The notes under the pieces: generated by a model
Database searches by the model: none
The model's input: only the letters and a program-made list of their open reading frames with translations
What the model was told of the DNA's origin: nothing
Program-made: the position numbers and the translations under genes
Shown: piece by piece, positions 48,432-56,488 of the stretch
Layout of the letters: each line of letters starts with the position of its first letter
Numbering within the stretch: position 1 is the stretch's first letter
Assembly: GCA_963726455.1 (NCBI GenBank)
Contig: CAVSCK010000004.1
Location: 416,001-480,000 of the forward strand
DNA length: 64,000 nt
From: an uncultured bacterium
GTDB taxonomy: Bacteria; Zixibacteria; MSB-5A5; CAIYYT01
Reading direction: 5' to 3'

Positions 48432-51400
48432 AACACTTTGAGCGAAAACATCAGCTCGGTAGATGCCTTTTCTCCCTTTTCAAATGCCGCAGCATAACCC
48501 ACCGACATCGTCATGTTGAGGTGTGACAACATGATCAAGCGAAAATCCAGTTGCGAACCGACGTTCAGTAATGATCTTCTTACTTGTTCACTGTCGAAAT
48601 CAGTGACAATTCCCGTGGAGAACAGAGCCAACCTCAACCAGGTGCCAAACAGCGATGGCGTTCCAAGTCGTCTGAACCTGATGGGTGGGAGCGACCATTC
48701 CGCCATCAGCTTGCCATAGTTGATACCTCCGATAGCGTTTAGCTCGACTCCCGGAAAGCTGTAATAGGCTCGGTATCTCCTTTCCGACTGGTAATCTACC
48801 CAGTTGTTTCCAAAACCTCCAAAGTAGAATCTTGCCAGAGGTTCGATCCGATTACTTGGGGAAAAACCTGCAGAACTTCTGAACCAAATCGAAGAATGGT
48901 TTATGGGAAGCGGTAGTCCCCAGTCAAACTTGGTGAAGAACCGTGGAAATATCTTGCGGTTGACGAACTTCGCGTTGGCGGCAATTTGACACGAAAGACC
49001 TTTCTCAAAGTCGACTGCTCCGAGAGAGGATCTCTGATTGCTGAAAAAGAGAACTGAATTGACGGCGATGAATCGATCGTACGAGGTGGTCACATTCTGG
49101 TACTCTGGCAGCCTCTGCAAATCGCCATATCTCGTGACACCGAAATTGCAGTCCATCTGTTTGGGGCCGTCAGACAGCAGCTTCTTTTGGTATTTGATTC
49201 CGAGAGAATATCCTTTTCGGCTGGTCTTGGTCGGACCGAAGAGATCATAGAAATCAGCGGCGTTGTACGCCAAGTCTGCTTCCCAGTTCGAGTAGCTGTA
49301 CCTCCAACTTGCGTGAACTCTCTCACTGCGGGGCAAAGCTCCTCCGGGGCTGTATGAAACGGAAAGTGCCGAGTTGTGTAAGGCAATCGGGTCGGAAAGG
49401 CTGAGATGTACTCCCACGGCGGCGTAATTCTGATAGCCTTCGACAATCGGATAAGCCGACACGAGTCTGATGTTCTTCAGACCGGAATACCCGCCGGAAT
49501 GCGTGGTAAGCGAGTCGATATTTACTGCGGCTGGGGATCCGGCGAGCCAGCCGGTCACTTCGGGATATTTTTCGACAATTTGCTGGCCCAGGTAGACAAT
49601 GGCGCTTACGTCTTCAATGGGCTTGTTGGCTATCATCACGGGAGAAAAGCCGCCACCCGAAAAGCGAAATACAATTAACGAGTCATCGGAGATCGGGACC
49701 GGCCGGAAGAATCCGGTTTCGCAATTGCTCAGAACCTCCATGGAGTCCGTTTCGATTGAGTATCTGAATATGTTCGAAACGCCGGTATAGTAGGACGATC
49801 CGTAGAGATATTTCCCGTCGGGGGAAAAGACGAAGCCAGCTGGATTGCTGTTCTCAAAATTGTGGAGGACCTCGTAAGTAGTGTCGCCAGCCAGAATCTT
49901 CGCCGTCTCCATTTTGATTAGACGCTGGCTGCCGTCAATCTCGGCAAGCGCGGCGGAAAGAAGAGTACCATCAGGCGAAATATCAATATCATAGATATCT
50001 CGACCATAAGGCCACGAGTAAACCTGATTCCACTCCTGGTAAGGATAGGGGATTTTGACTATCGTTGAGATACCGTTGAAGTGCCTTACACCCCAAATGG
50101 ACTTGTCGGAGGAACTAAACGCCAAGTCGCCGATTCTTGCGTCCTTCAGAAGAATCCTTTTCCTTCCTGAGGCAATCTCAACGACATTGAGGTCCCGCCA
50201 TTCGTCGTTGTCGGTAGTGAAAAAGAGCTTGCCCGACGAGGCGTCGAAGGCCAGCGAAGCTGCGTAGAACAGTGTGGCCCCCTTAATCTCGCAGATCGGC
50301 TTGGAACTGCCGTCTTCGATGCGGATCCCTGCCAGATGGGCAACTTGCCCGGGATAGTTGACCGCAGCATACAATGTTTTCGTTGCAGGATCGAAGTAGG
50401 CCCGCGAAACCGAACCGAGAGGGTTTCGCGATAGCATTCTATATGGAGTTGTGGGATACAGGCGAATCGAATCGAGGTTGGCCGCTTGAAACTGTTGTTC
50501 CCATTGAATCCATTGTGACCAAGCGTCGTCAAGAGATAATCTGTAAGTCTTCCGAAATTGCGAAGCGAAGTAGCTTTTCGTATCCGGACCGCGGGACACC
50601 CACTTTACTAATAGTTGCGGACCATATTGGTAGGCCAGATAACTCATGAATCGCGTACCGTAAAGGTAGGAATTCACGCCCACCTGAAAGTCAATCTTCG
50701 TACCTTCCGATTCCAATCCGATCAAATCGTAAATGTGACTACTGTCACGGACAAGCGTTCGGAAAACCATCTCGTCGTAAGCTCCCAGAGCCCTTCCCAA
50801 ACCCCCCGCCATCCAGGTTTCCATGAATACGGCAATACCTTCGTGATACCATCTGGGAGCGGATCGACGAGGAGTCGTGAGATGACTATAGAAGATCGAG
50901 AGTGGGTTTTCCGAGGTTTCGCTTACCTTGCCTCGAAAGAGTGTCCTGAAGAATCTATCACTTCGGGATGCTTTGTCTCCGGCGATGATGTGAACGATCT
51001 CGTGATTCATGATGGCATTCATTCGCTCATTCGCCGGAGCTGTTTCGTACACGTAACTGATCGGTGCTATCGCAACGGATATGCGATTGTTGGGAGCCGT
51101 GCTGGCGCCGGCATTGCCATAATCACCAAGATCATGCAAGAAGACGGTGATCTTTTGCGACGGCGCGTAATTCCAGAATTTCTTATGGAATGCCAGTGAG
51201 TTCTCGAAACAACGGGCCGCATGGGGAACCAGGTAGGACTCCGCCTGGCCGTAATAGACCAGCCTCAAGTCTTTGGTCTCAAGTGAATACAGTTGCGCGA
51301 AGAGAGAAGGCGCCGTGAAACTAATAGCCAACAGAAAAAAGACTTTCACACGAAGACTGGTCGACAACCAGCGACTTGAATCAGGGTTTGAATACCACAC
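48428..51400 (-). CDS. Predicted outer-membrane protein: HExxH metallopeptidase, beta-propeller and C-terminal beta-barrel-like region
   Basis: Signal peptide. HEIVH...WYHEGIAVFME (gluzincin-like). ISPDG and FSPDGKYL propeller motifs. Amphipathic strands ending ELMFSLKVL. Confidence 0.72.
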   Translation of the reverse strand: MWYSNPDSSRWLSTSLRVKVFFLLAISFTAPSLFAQLYSLETKDLRLVYYGQAESYLVPHAARCFENSLAFHKKFWNYAPSQKITVFLHDLGDYGNAGASTAPNNRISVAIAPISYVYETAPANERMNAIMNHEIVHIIAGDKASRSDRFFRTLFRGKVSETSENPLSIFYSHLTTPRRSAPRWYHEGIAVFMETWMAGGLGRALGAYDEMVFRTLVRDSSHIYDLIGLESEGTKIDFQVGVNSYLYGTRFMSYLAYQYGPQLLVKWVSRGPDTKSYFASQFRKTYRLSLDDAWSQWIQWEQQFQAANLDSIRLYPTTPYRMLSRNPLGSVSRAYFDPATKTLYAAVNYPGQVAHLAGIRIEDGSSKPICEIKGATLFYAASLAFDASSGKLFFTTDNDEWRDLNVVEIASGRKRILLKDARIGDLAFSSSDKSIWGVRHFNGISTIVKIPYPYQEWNQVYSWPYGRDIYDIDISPDGTLLSAALAEIDGSQRLIKMETAKILAGDTTYEVLHNFENSNPAGFVFSPDGKYLYGSSYYTGVSNIFRYSIETDSMEVLSNCETGFFRPVPISDDSLIVFRFSGGGFSPVMIANKPIEDVSAIVYLGQQIVEKYPEVTGWLAGSPAAVNIDSLTTHSGGYSGLKNIRLVSAYPIVEGYQNYAAVGVHLSLSDPIALHNSALSVSYSPGGALPRSERVHASWRYSYSNWEADLAYNAADFYDLFGPTKTSRKGYSLGIKYQKKLLSDGPKQMDCNFGVTRYGDLQRLPEYQNVTTSYDRFIAVNSVLFFSNQRSSLGAVDFEKGLSCQIAANAKFVNRKIFPRFFTKFDWGLPLPINHSSIWFRSSAGFSPSNRIEPLARFYFGGFGNNWVDYQSERRYRAYYSFPGVELNAIGGINYGKLMAEWSLPPIRFRRLGTPSLFGTWLRLALFSTGIVTDFDSEQVRRSLLNVGSQLDFRLIMLSHLNMTMSVGYAAAFEKGEKASTELMFSLKVL

Positions 51401-51512
51401 GTTGAATCTCCAAACGAAGCAAACGATCTTGGCGGGTCAAAGTGCACTTTACCGACTGGCCAGTGAAAGGATGATCTCTAGTCTTTGACAGACGTGTGTA
51501 AAGATAGTCGAA

Positions 51513-51544
51513 GGAGACGCCGCGACCGTAGCCGCAACATCTCC
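51513..51544 (-). other. Intercistronic RNA hairpin with C(UACG)G tetraloop
   Basis: Minus-strand GGAGAUGUUGCGGC-UACG-GUCGCGGCGUCUCC, 14 bp including four G-U pairs. Confidence 0.7.
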
Positions 51545-51585
51545 CCCGTAGCATATCATCCCGGTTACTGGCGGGGTCAGTATCC

Positions 51586-53019
51586 CTACTTTTCCGTGAC
51601 CTCGTCAGCCTTGGTTCTGCTGAAATCCATATTTGCGACCGCCGCGCTGAATTCGGGATAGGCGGTAGCCCGGTTAAATTCCTGGACTGCCATTGCCCGG
51701 CTGAGCTCCTGATTTGCCAGGCACTTCGCAAATTGAGGTTGTGCCATCGCTCTGCTGAATTCTTGCGATGCAATCACCTGGGAAAAGGATTGATCTGCGA
51801 CCAAATTGCGAAAATCTCCTGAAGCAAATGCGCGGGAAAACTCCTGATCTGCAATTGCTCTGCGAAATTCGGGCACGGCCATGGCTTTGGCAAAATCCTG
51901 ATTAGCCCACAGCCTACTGAACTCCGGAGTCGCAATCAGACTGACGAACTGCGGATTCGCGGCCAGTCTGCTAAATTCGGGAACGGCAAGCAGTTTCGCG
52001 AAGTCCGGGTTCGCAGCCACTCGGCTCATGTCCGGGTTGGCAAGCAGCTTGGCAAAGTCCGGACTGGACGCCATACGGCTCAGTTCGGCTGTAGCAAGCA
52101 ACTTCGCAAAATCCTGGTTGGCTGCCAACCTGCCGAATTCCGGGTTCGCAAGTAACTTGGCAAAGTCAGGATTGGGAGCAAGCCGGCTCAACTCTGCATT
52201 GTTCGCCAATTTGGCGTAATCAGGAACGGCCGATAGTCTGCTCATATCGGCGCTGGCAACTATTTTCGCAAATTCGGGATCCCGAGCCAGTCTGCTGAAA
52301 TCAGGGTTCGCGAGCAGCTTGGCAAAGTCAGGGGCGAGCGCCATTTTGGCGAATTCCTGACGGGCAACAACCTTGGCGAAATCGGGGTCCGGAGTGAGTC
52401 TGGCAAATTCCGCGTTAGCCAGTAGAGCGGCAAACTCCGGATTGGCTGAGAGTCTCCCGAACTCCGGCGTTATGAGCAGCTTGGCAAAGGAAGGTTCAGC
52501 TGCTAACCTGCTAAATTCGGGATTCGCGGCGAATTTAGCAAAGTCCGGGTTAGCCGAAATGCGACTGAAATCATGATTGGAAAGGATTTTGGCGAAATCC
52601 GGATAGAGAGCAAATCTGCTGAAGTCCGCATTGGCCATGGCTTTTGCAATGTCTGGATTCGCGAAAGCACGACTGAAATCCTGATTTGCCAATGCCGCGC
52701 GAATGTCAGGATTGGCCATCAGCCGGCTGAATTCCGAACTAGCCGCCATAGTGCGAAAGTTCTCATCCTTGAGTAGCGCCAGGACCTTGTCGTTCTGAAG
52801 CAGTGCCTGTAGCTCGCTGTTGCCTAGTACGACATCCTTATCGCTCATCTGGTTAGTACGATACTTCTTTGCGGCGCCGATCGTTCCTTGACTGTCCGTT
52901 TCTGATGGTGGGAAGCCCGTTAGGGCAAAGTATGCGATCACTACTACCACGACTATTATCCCGCTAAAAAGGATCTTAGCCTTGCCGCTACCGAGAAAAG
53001 ACTTTCGTGGTTCTGCCAT
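51586..53019 (-). CDS. Membrane-anchored protein with 45 tandem 9-aa repeats (NPDFAKLLA / NPEFSRLAA)
   Basis: AGGAGG RBS, TM helix at about residues 16-33. Residues 67-471 are exactly 45 x 9 aa with no indels. Confidence 0.9.
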   Translation of the reverse strand: MAEPRKSFLGSGKAKILFSGIIVVVVVIAYFALTGFPPSETDSQGTIGAAKKYRTNQMSDKDVVLGNSELQALLQNDKVLALLKDENFRTMAASSEFSRLMANPDIRAALANQDFSRAFANPDIAKAMANADFSRFALYPDFAKILSNHDFSRISANPDFAKFAANPEFSRLAAEPSFAKLLITPEFGRLSANPEFAALLANAEFARLTPDPDFAKVVARQEFAKMALAPDFAKLLANPDFSRLARDPEFAKIVASADMSRLSAVPDYAKLANNAELSRLAPNPDFAKLLANPEFGRLAANQDFAKLLATAELSRMASSPDFAKLLANPDMSRVAANPDFAKLLAVPEFSRLAANPQFVSLIATPEFSRLWANQDFAKAMAVPEFRRAIADQEFSRAFASGDFRNLVADQSFSQVIASQEFSRAMAQPQFAKCLANQELSRAMAVQEFNRATAYPEFSAAVANMDFSRTKADEVTEK

Positions 53020-53081
53020 TGCAACCTCCTATGAATGGACGTGAATTACCGGGGTTACCTTGTCCCCAAACTTCTTTTACC

Positions 53082-53108
53082 AAGTACAGTTCAGTTCTCT
53101 AAGAGTTG
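53082..53108 (-). promoter_or_regulatory. ECF-type promoter motif upstream of the repeat-protein operon
   Basis: CAACTCT-N13-TGTACTT, about 60 nt upstream of the ATG at 53019. Confidence 0.65.
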
Positions 53109-53147
53109 GTCAATCTTTCATTTCCTCCTCGCTCCATTGCCTTTTGA

Positions 53148-53936
53148 TCAGTGAGAGTGCTGTCTCGTATATAGAGTTTCCTCCCAAGAATCATCAGATG
53201 AACGAACGCGAAACTGCATTGCCGAGATATCATTGCTCTTGTCCTTGAAGAGGAGGAAATATTTCTCCTCCCCGTCCTGCGTAAGTCGGACTTGATTCTC
53301 GTTAATCTCCAATGTCTTGGGGACGTGACCTAGTTGTCTCATACCCTCAAGATCGAGATGTCGATTGTCAAAACTGATAGTCACCTCGACACCTCTGTTC
53401 GAAGTCAGATCTATCTCGGCGATGACAGTTCCCGTTGAATATTCTATCCTGACCGTGCCTTCAGCATTTCCGATTGTGAAATCTATCTGATCAGCAACCT
53501 GAACGCTGTCGACGGCGCCGCCCAGATAGATCGAACCAGCCAGACTGCGAATATTCCAAGGAGGGATTACTCCGATGCTGCCGACGAGCAGAGCAAATGA
53601 GAAGATGCCTACGACTATGCCCGCCAACAGGGAATAGGCATACTTGACATTTACCTTGAGGGCTAACGACCCGACGACGGACTCAGGAATGCCGCGATTC
53701 TTTCTCCCCGCGGATCCCTCAGCTCGAACCTGTCGCAAGACGGCGTGTTTCAGCTCCATGGGCGGATCTGCCTTTTGCTCCTGCGCCAACCATCGGAAGA
53801 GTTGGAGGAAACTGTCATATAGCATTTGCGCGTCAGGGTTTCGTCGGAGATACTCCTGCAACTTGAGACGTTGTCTGGGTTTGATCGTCCCATCAAGATA
53901 CTCACTCATAAGTCGAACATGTTTTTCGGAAGTCAT
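53148..53936 (-). CDS. Transmembrane anti-sigma factor #2
   Basis: LMSEYLDG...PDAQ...DPPMELKHAVLRQVR, one TM helix, periplasmic domain. Paralog of 33669-34445. Confidence 0.78.
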   Translation of the reverse strand: MTSEKHVRLMSEYLDGTIKPRQRLKLQEYLRRNPDAQMLYDSFLQLFRWLAQEQKADPPMELKHAVLRQVRAEGSAGRKNRGIPESVVGSLALKVNVKYAYSLLAGIVVGIFSFALLVGSIGVIPPWNIRSLAGSIYLGGAVDSVQVADQIDFTIGNAEGTVRIEYSTGTVIAEIDLTSNRGVEVTISFDNRHLDLEGMRQLGHVPKTLEINENQVRLTQDGEEKYFLLFKDKSNDISAMQFRVRSSDDSWEETLYTRQHSH

Positions 53937-54322
53937 CGGCCACCGTTCCCCTCTGTTTCACGGCTCGCTCAGCTAGCGTTTGGCGGTGAAGAGCCTTGAC
54001 TCGACGTTCTTCAAGAGAAATCTCAGTAAGTGAACAACCGTTTTGAGCGAGAAACCGTCGAAGTGCCTGACGAAATTCAGGACCTTCAGTTAGGTTGGCA
54101 GACCCCTCGCGCAATCCGGACGCCCTTACTTATTTCGTTGCCGACACGGTCTTCCTCCGGATATTTCGCCGCAGAGGCCCGGCCCTCGGCAAACTCTTGG
54201 CCTCCGATCAATCTCACCGGCGAGTTGACAGACGGTCTCCGTCATCCACCCAACATCTCAATTGACTTCAAATTGCCGTCAAGCCACTCCCTGATCATGA
54301 TGGGATCACCGTTGTCTGTCAT
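53933..54322 (-). pseudogene. Decayed ECF sigma factor
   Basis: Fragments in shifting frames: MTDNGDPIMIREWLDGNLKSIEML, VRLIGGQEFAE, VRHFDGFS, VESRLFTAKR*, KQRG. These match the intact sigma at 34438-34986 over about 390 bp versus 549 bp. Confidence 0.8.
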
Positions 54323-54349
54323 AATTACATTTGATCCCCCGAAAAGTTG
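54323..54349 (-). promoter_or_regulatory. ECF-type promoter motif abutting the pseudo-sigma ATG
   Basis: CAACTTT-N13-TGTAATT-ATG. Confidence 0.62.
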
Positions 54350-54648
54350 GTCGTCACATTTCTACGTGAACGCTTTGGTACCAACAGAGTAGCGAGTCTC
54401 AGGCAGGTCGGCTTATACCTTCCTGTCGTCGAACCGCGTAATCGCGCCTATCGCGTCGAATCTCCGCCAGTTCCGTCGAAGTCGATGACCCGAACAAACC
54501 GGGTCGCACAAAGAGCCCTCTTAAGCGAATTTTCGTTTTGCATGCCCCCGAATGCAACTCGTTCCTGATGGAAATTATAATAGGAGATGTGCTCTTGAAA
54601 TGCAAGGCGAATTCTGGCAAGAACCTTTTCTGTATTTGAATTCGAATC

Positions 54649-54933
54649 TTAGTCGATTTGAAAAACCTGAAGCAGGCCGGAAATCTGGAAGACGTTTCTG
54701 ACGTGTTTGTTCATGTTTGTGAGTTTTACAGTCTTTCCCAGCTTCTCCAATCTATTGTGAGTAGCCACCAGTACACTCAGCCCCGCGCTGGAAATGTAAT
54801 CCAGATTCGTCAGGTCTACCGTGAGGGAATCGTCGATAGTCTCAAATATTGGCAGCGCTCTACTAACTTGCGAGGCGTCGAATCTGCCCGAAAGAAAGAT
54901 TTCCTTCTTGTCAGTCACCTTAATGTCCAACAT
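54649..54933 (-). CDS. STAS anti-anti-sigma factor #2
   Basis: LSGRFDA, LDYISSAGL, VFQISGL. Confidence 0.9.
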   Translation of the reverse strand: MLDIKVTDKKEIFLSGRFDASQVSRALPIFETIDDSLTVDLTNLDYISSAGLSVLVATHNRLEKLGKTVKLTNMNKHVRNVFQISGLLQVFQID

Positions 54934-55339
54934 CGTTTTGCTCCAGGTGTTTGATCATGGTTATTGTGCTGGTGCGGTTAACATAATCATAATATACGTG
55001 ATCTACTATATTCCTGACCAGGTGCAAGCCCAATCCTCCCGCTTTTCTTTCTTGAACATCCCGGGCGTTATCCACTTCCTGCCACTTGGTTATGTCAAAT
55101 CGGTTGGAATCGGAATCAATCAGACGAATGGTCAAGTCATTTCCGCTCCTGACCAGGTCTATAAGGATGCCTGTCGAACCCATGGGATCATACTTGACGA
55201 GGTTCGTGAAGATCTCCTCGACTGCCAGGTTCACGGTATAAGCGACGTCTTGCAGCAACTCCTGCTGCAAGACGAAGTCCTGGATAAATTCGAAAATCTT
55301 CTCCAACGAATCGATCTGCCTGGGGAACACCTTCTCCAT
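54920..55339 (-). CDS. RsbW/SpoIIAB-like Ser kinase (HATPase_c_2)
   Basis: LAVEEIFTNLVKY, GGLGLHLVRNIVD. AGGAG RBS. Overlaps the STAS start. Confidence 0.88.
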   Translation of the reverse strand: MEKVFPRQIDSLEKIFEFIQDFVLQQELLQDVAYTVNLAVEEIFTNLVKYDPMGSTGILIDLVRSGNDLTIRLIDSDSNRFDITKWQEVDNARDVQERKAGGLGLHLVRNIVDHVYYDYVNRTSTITMIKHLEQNDVGH

Positions 55340-55579
55340 TGTACTCCTGGCTACAGTGACTATGATCCAATTATGGTGTCACATTTGCGAATGTACAACA
55401 AGATCCTCCGGGTGCGCAGGCGTTCATATTCCCCACGGTTGGAGCAATTGCTTTCAATCATTATTTAGTGCGCTAGTCTGCGCCGCCTTATGTCAAATTT
55501 GATTGGGGAAGTAGCACAAAAACGAGATACCCGGGGCTTAATGAGTCCGGGATGATATTCGTAAGTCATTGAATGATAA

Positions 55580-55665
55580 TGCCGGAGACCGGAATCGAAC
55601 CGGTACGTCCATTACTGAACGAGGGATTTTAAGTCCCTTGCGTCTACCAATTTCGCCACTCCGGC
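55580..55665 (-). tRNA. tRNA-Leu (anticodon TAA), CCA not encoded
   Basis: GCCGGAG acceptor stem, TGGCGAAATTGGTAGACGC D arm, AGGGA-CTTAAAA-TCCCT anticodon arm, long variable arm, GGTTCGATTCC T loop. Confidence 0.95.
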
Positions 55666-55746
55666 AGATCGAGCGAATATGAGAGTCATGTACGTTTAAG
55701 TCAAGTGGGAATGCGAGCAATCACTAAGCGAACGTGCGAGGGCAGG

Positions 55747-56313
55747 TTAGTCGGGCTTAATACCATAGACGACCGGTTTCGGCAGAATCGTTTGAATGTG
55801 AACTTGCCCCGATTTGAATGCCGGCGCGTTTTCGACGACTTCCAAATTGATGTCAAAGAAATTGAACGGCATCCGCCAATAGTCGAAAGTATTCAGTACA
55901 AACGTCGTCTCCGGCGCATTGCCATGAACCCAGAAGTGCAAAGTTCCCAGCAGCCCTCTGCCGCTGGCAACCACAGCCGTATCATCCAAAGCCAGAACCA
56001 CAAGCGTGTCTCCATTCACAGAAGCCCGATTAAGCCCGAAATTAACGACCCGGCTTCCCACGAACGAGACTGAATCGAATCGCATTATGCTCGACGGAAA
56101 CAACATTGGCACGTTGACGGCAGCGAGCGTCACTTCATTGTCGAAATATAACGGAATACTGACATACTCTCCGCCCTTGGTCTCGGTCCGGTCAGGGGGA
56201 TATACTCTATTGGTCAACGGCTCTACTTTGGGCTCATTACCCTTGCTACAGCCGCCCAGAATGAGGACGCAAATTATGCCGCCGATCAGTAGAGTGGTAA
56301 TTGTCTTGCGCAT
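55747..56313 (-). CDS. Lipoprotein with cohesin-like domain
   Basis: Lipobox LGGC. VSIPLYFDNEVTLAAVNVPMLF...FDSVSFVGSRV...GLLGTLHFWV...PAFKSGQVHI. Confidence 0.72.
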   Translation of the reverse strand: MRKTITTLLIGGIICVLILGGCSKGNEPKVEPLTNRVYPPDRTETKGGEYVSIPLYFDNEVTLAAVNVPMLFPSSIMRFDSVSFVGSRVVNFGLNRASVNGDTLVVLALDDTAVVASGRGLLGTLHFWVHGNAPETTFVLNTFDYWRMPFNFFDINLEVVENAPAFKSGQVHIQTILPKPVVYGIKPD

Positions 56314-56488
56314 TATTCCCTCCTATGAACTTCAACCAATAATATGTTAACGACTCTGTGTAGGATTTGTCCAATGCTTTTTTTAGTGTTCCTGCCAAAT
56401 CTGGTTGACAGTTACGATCGGTGACTCGCAAATCCGATTGCCGCCCGTATCATAAATGATATCATGGTAAAGCAATTCCGGAGGTGAT

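Noticed and set aside
51607-52821. 27/54-bp periodicity as a CRISPR array or DNA minisatellite
   Set aside because: There is no constant repeat with unique spacers. Periodicity is at the protein level with third-position divergence.
54821-55468. 215-aa plus-strand ORF and the many other overlapping short ORFs
   Set aside because: They are antisense or alternate-frame shadows of well-supported genes and have no recognisable motifs.
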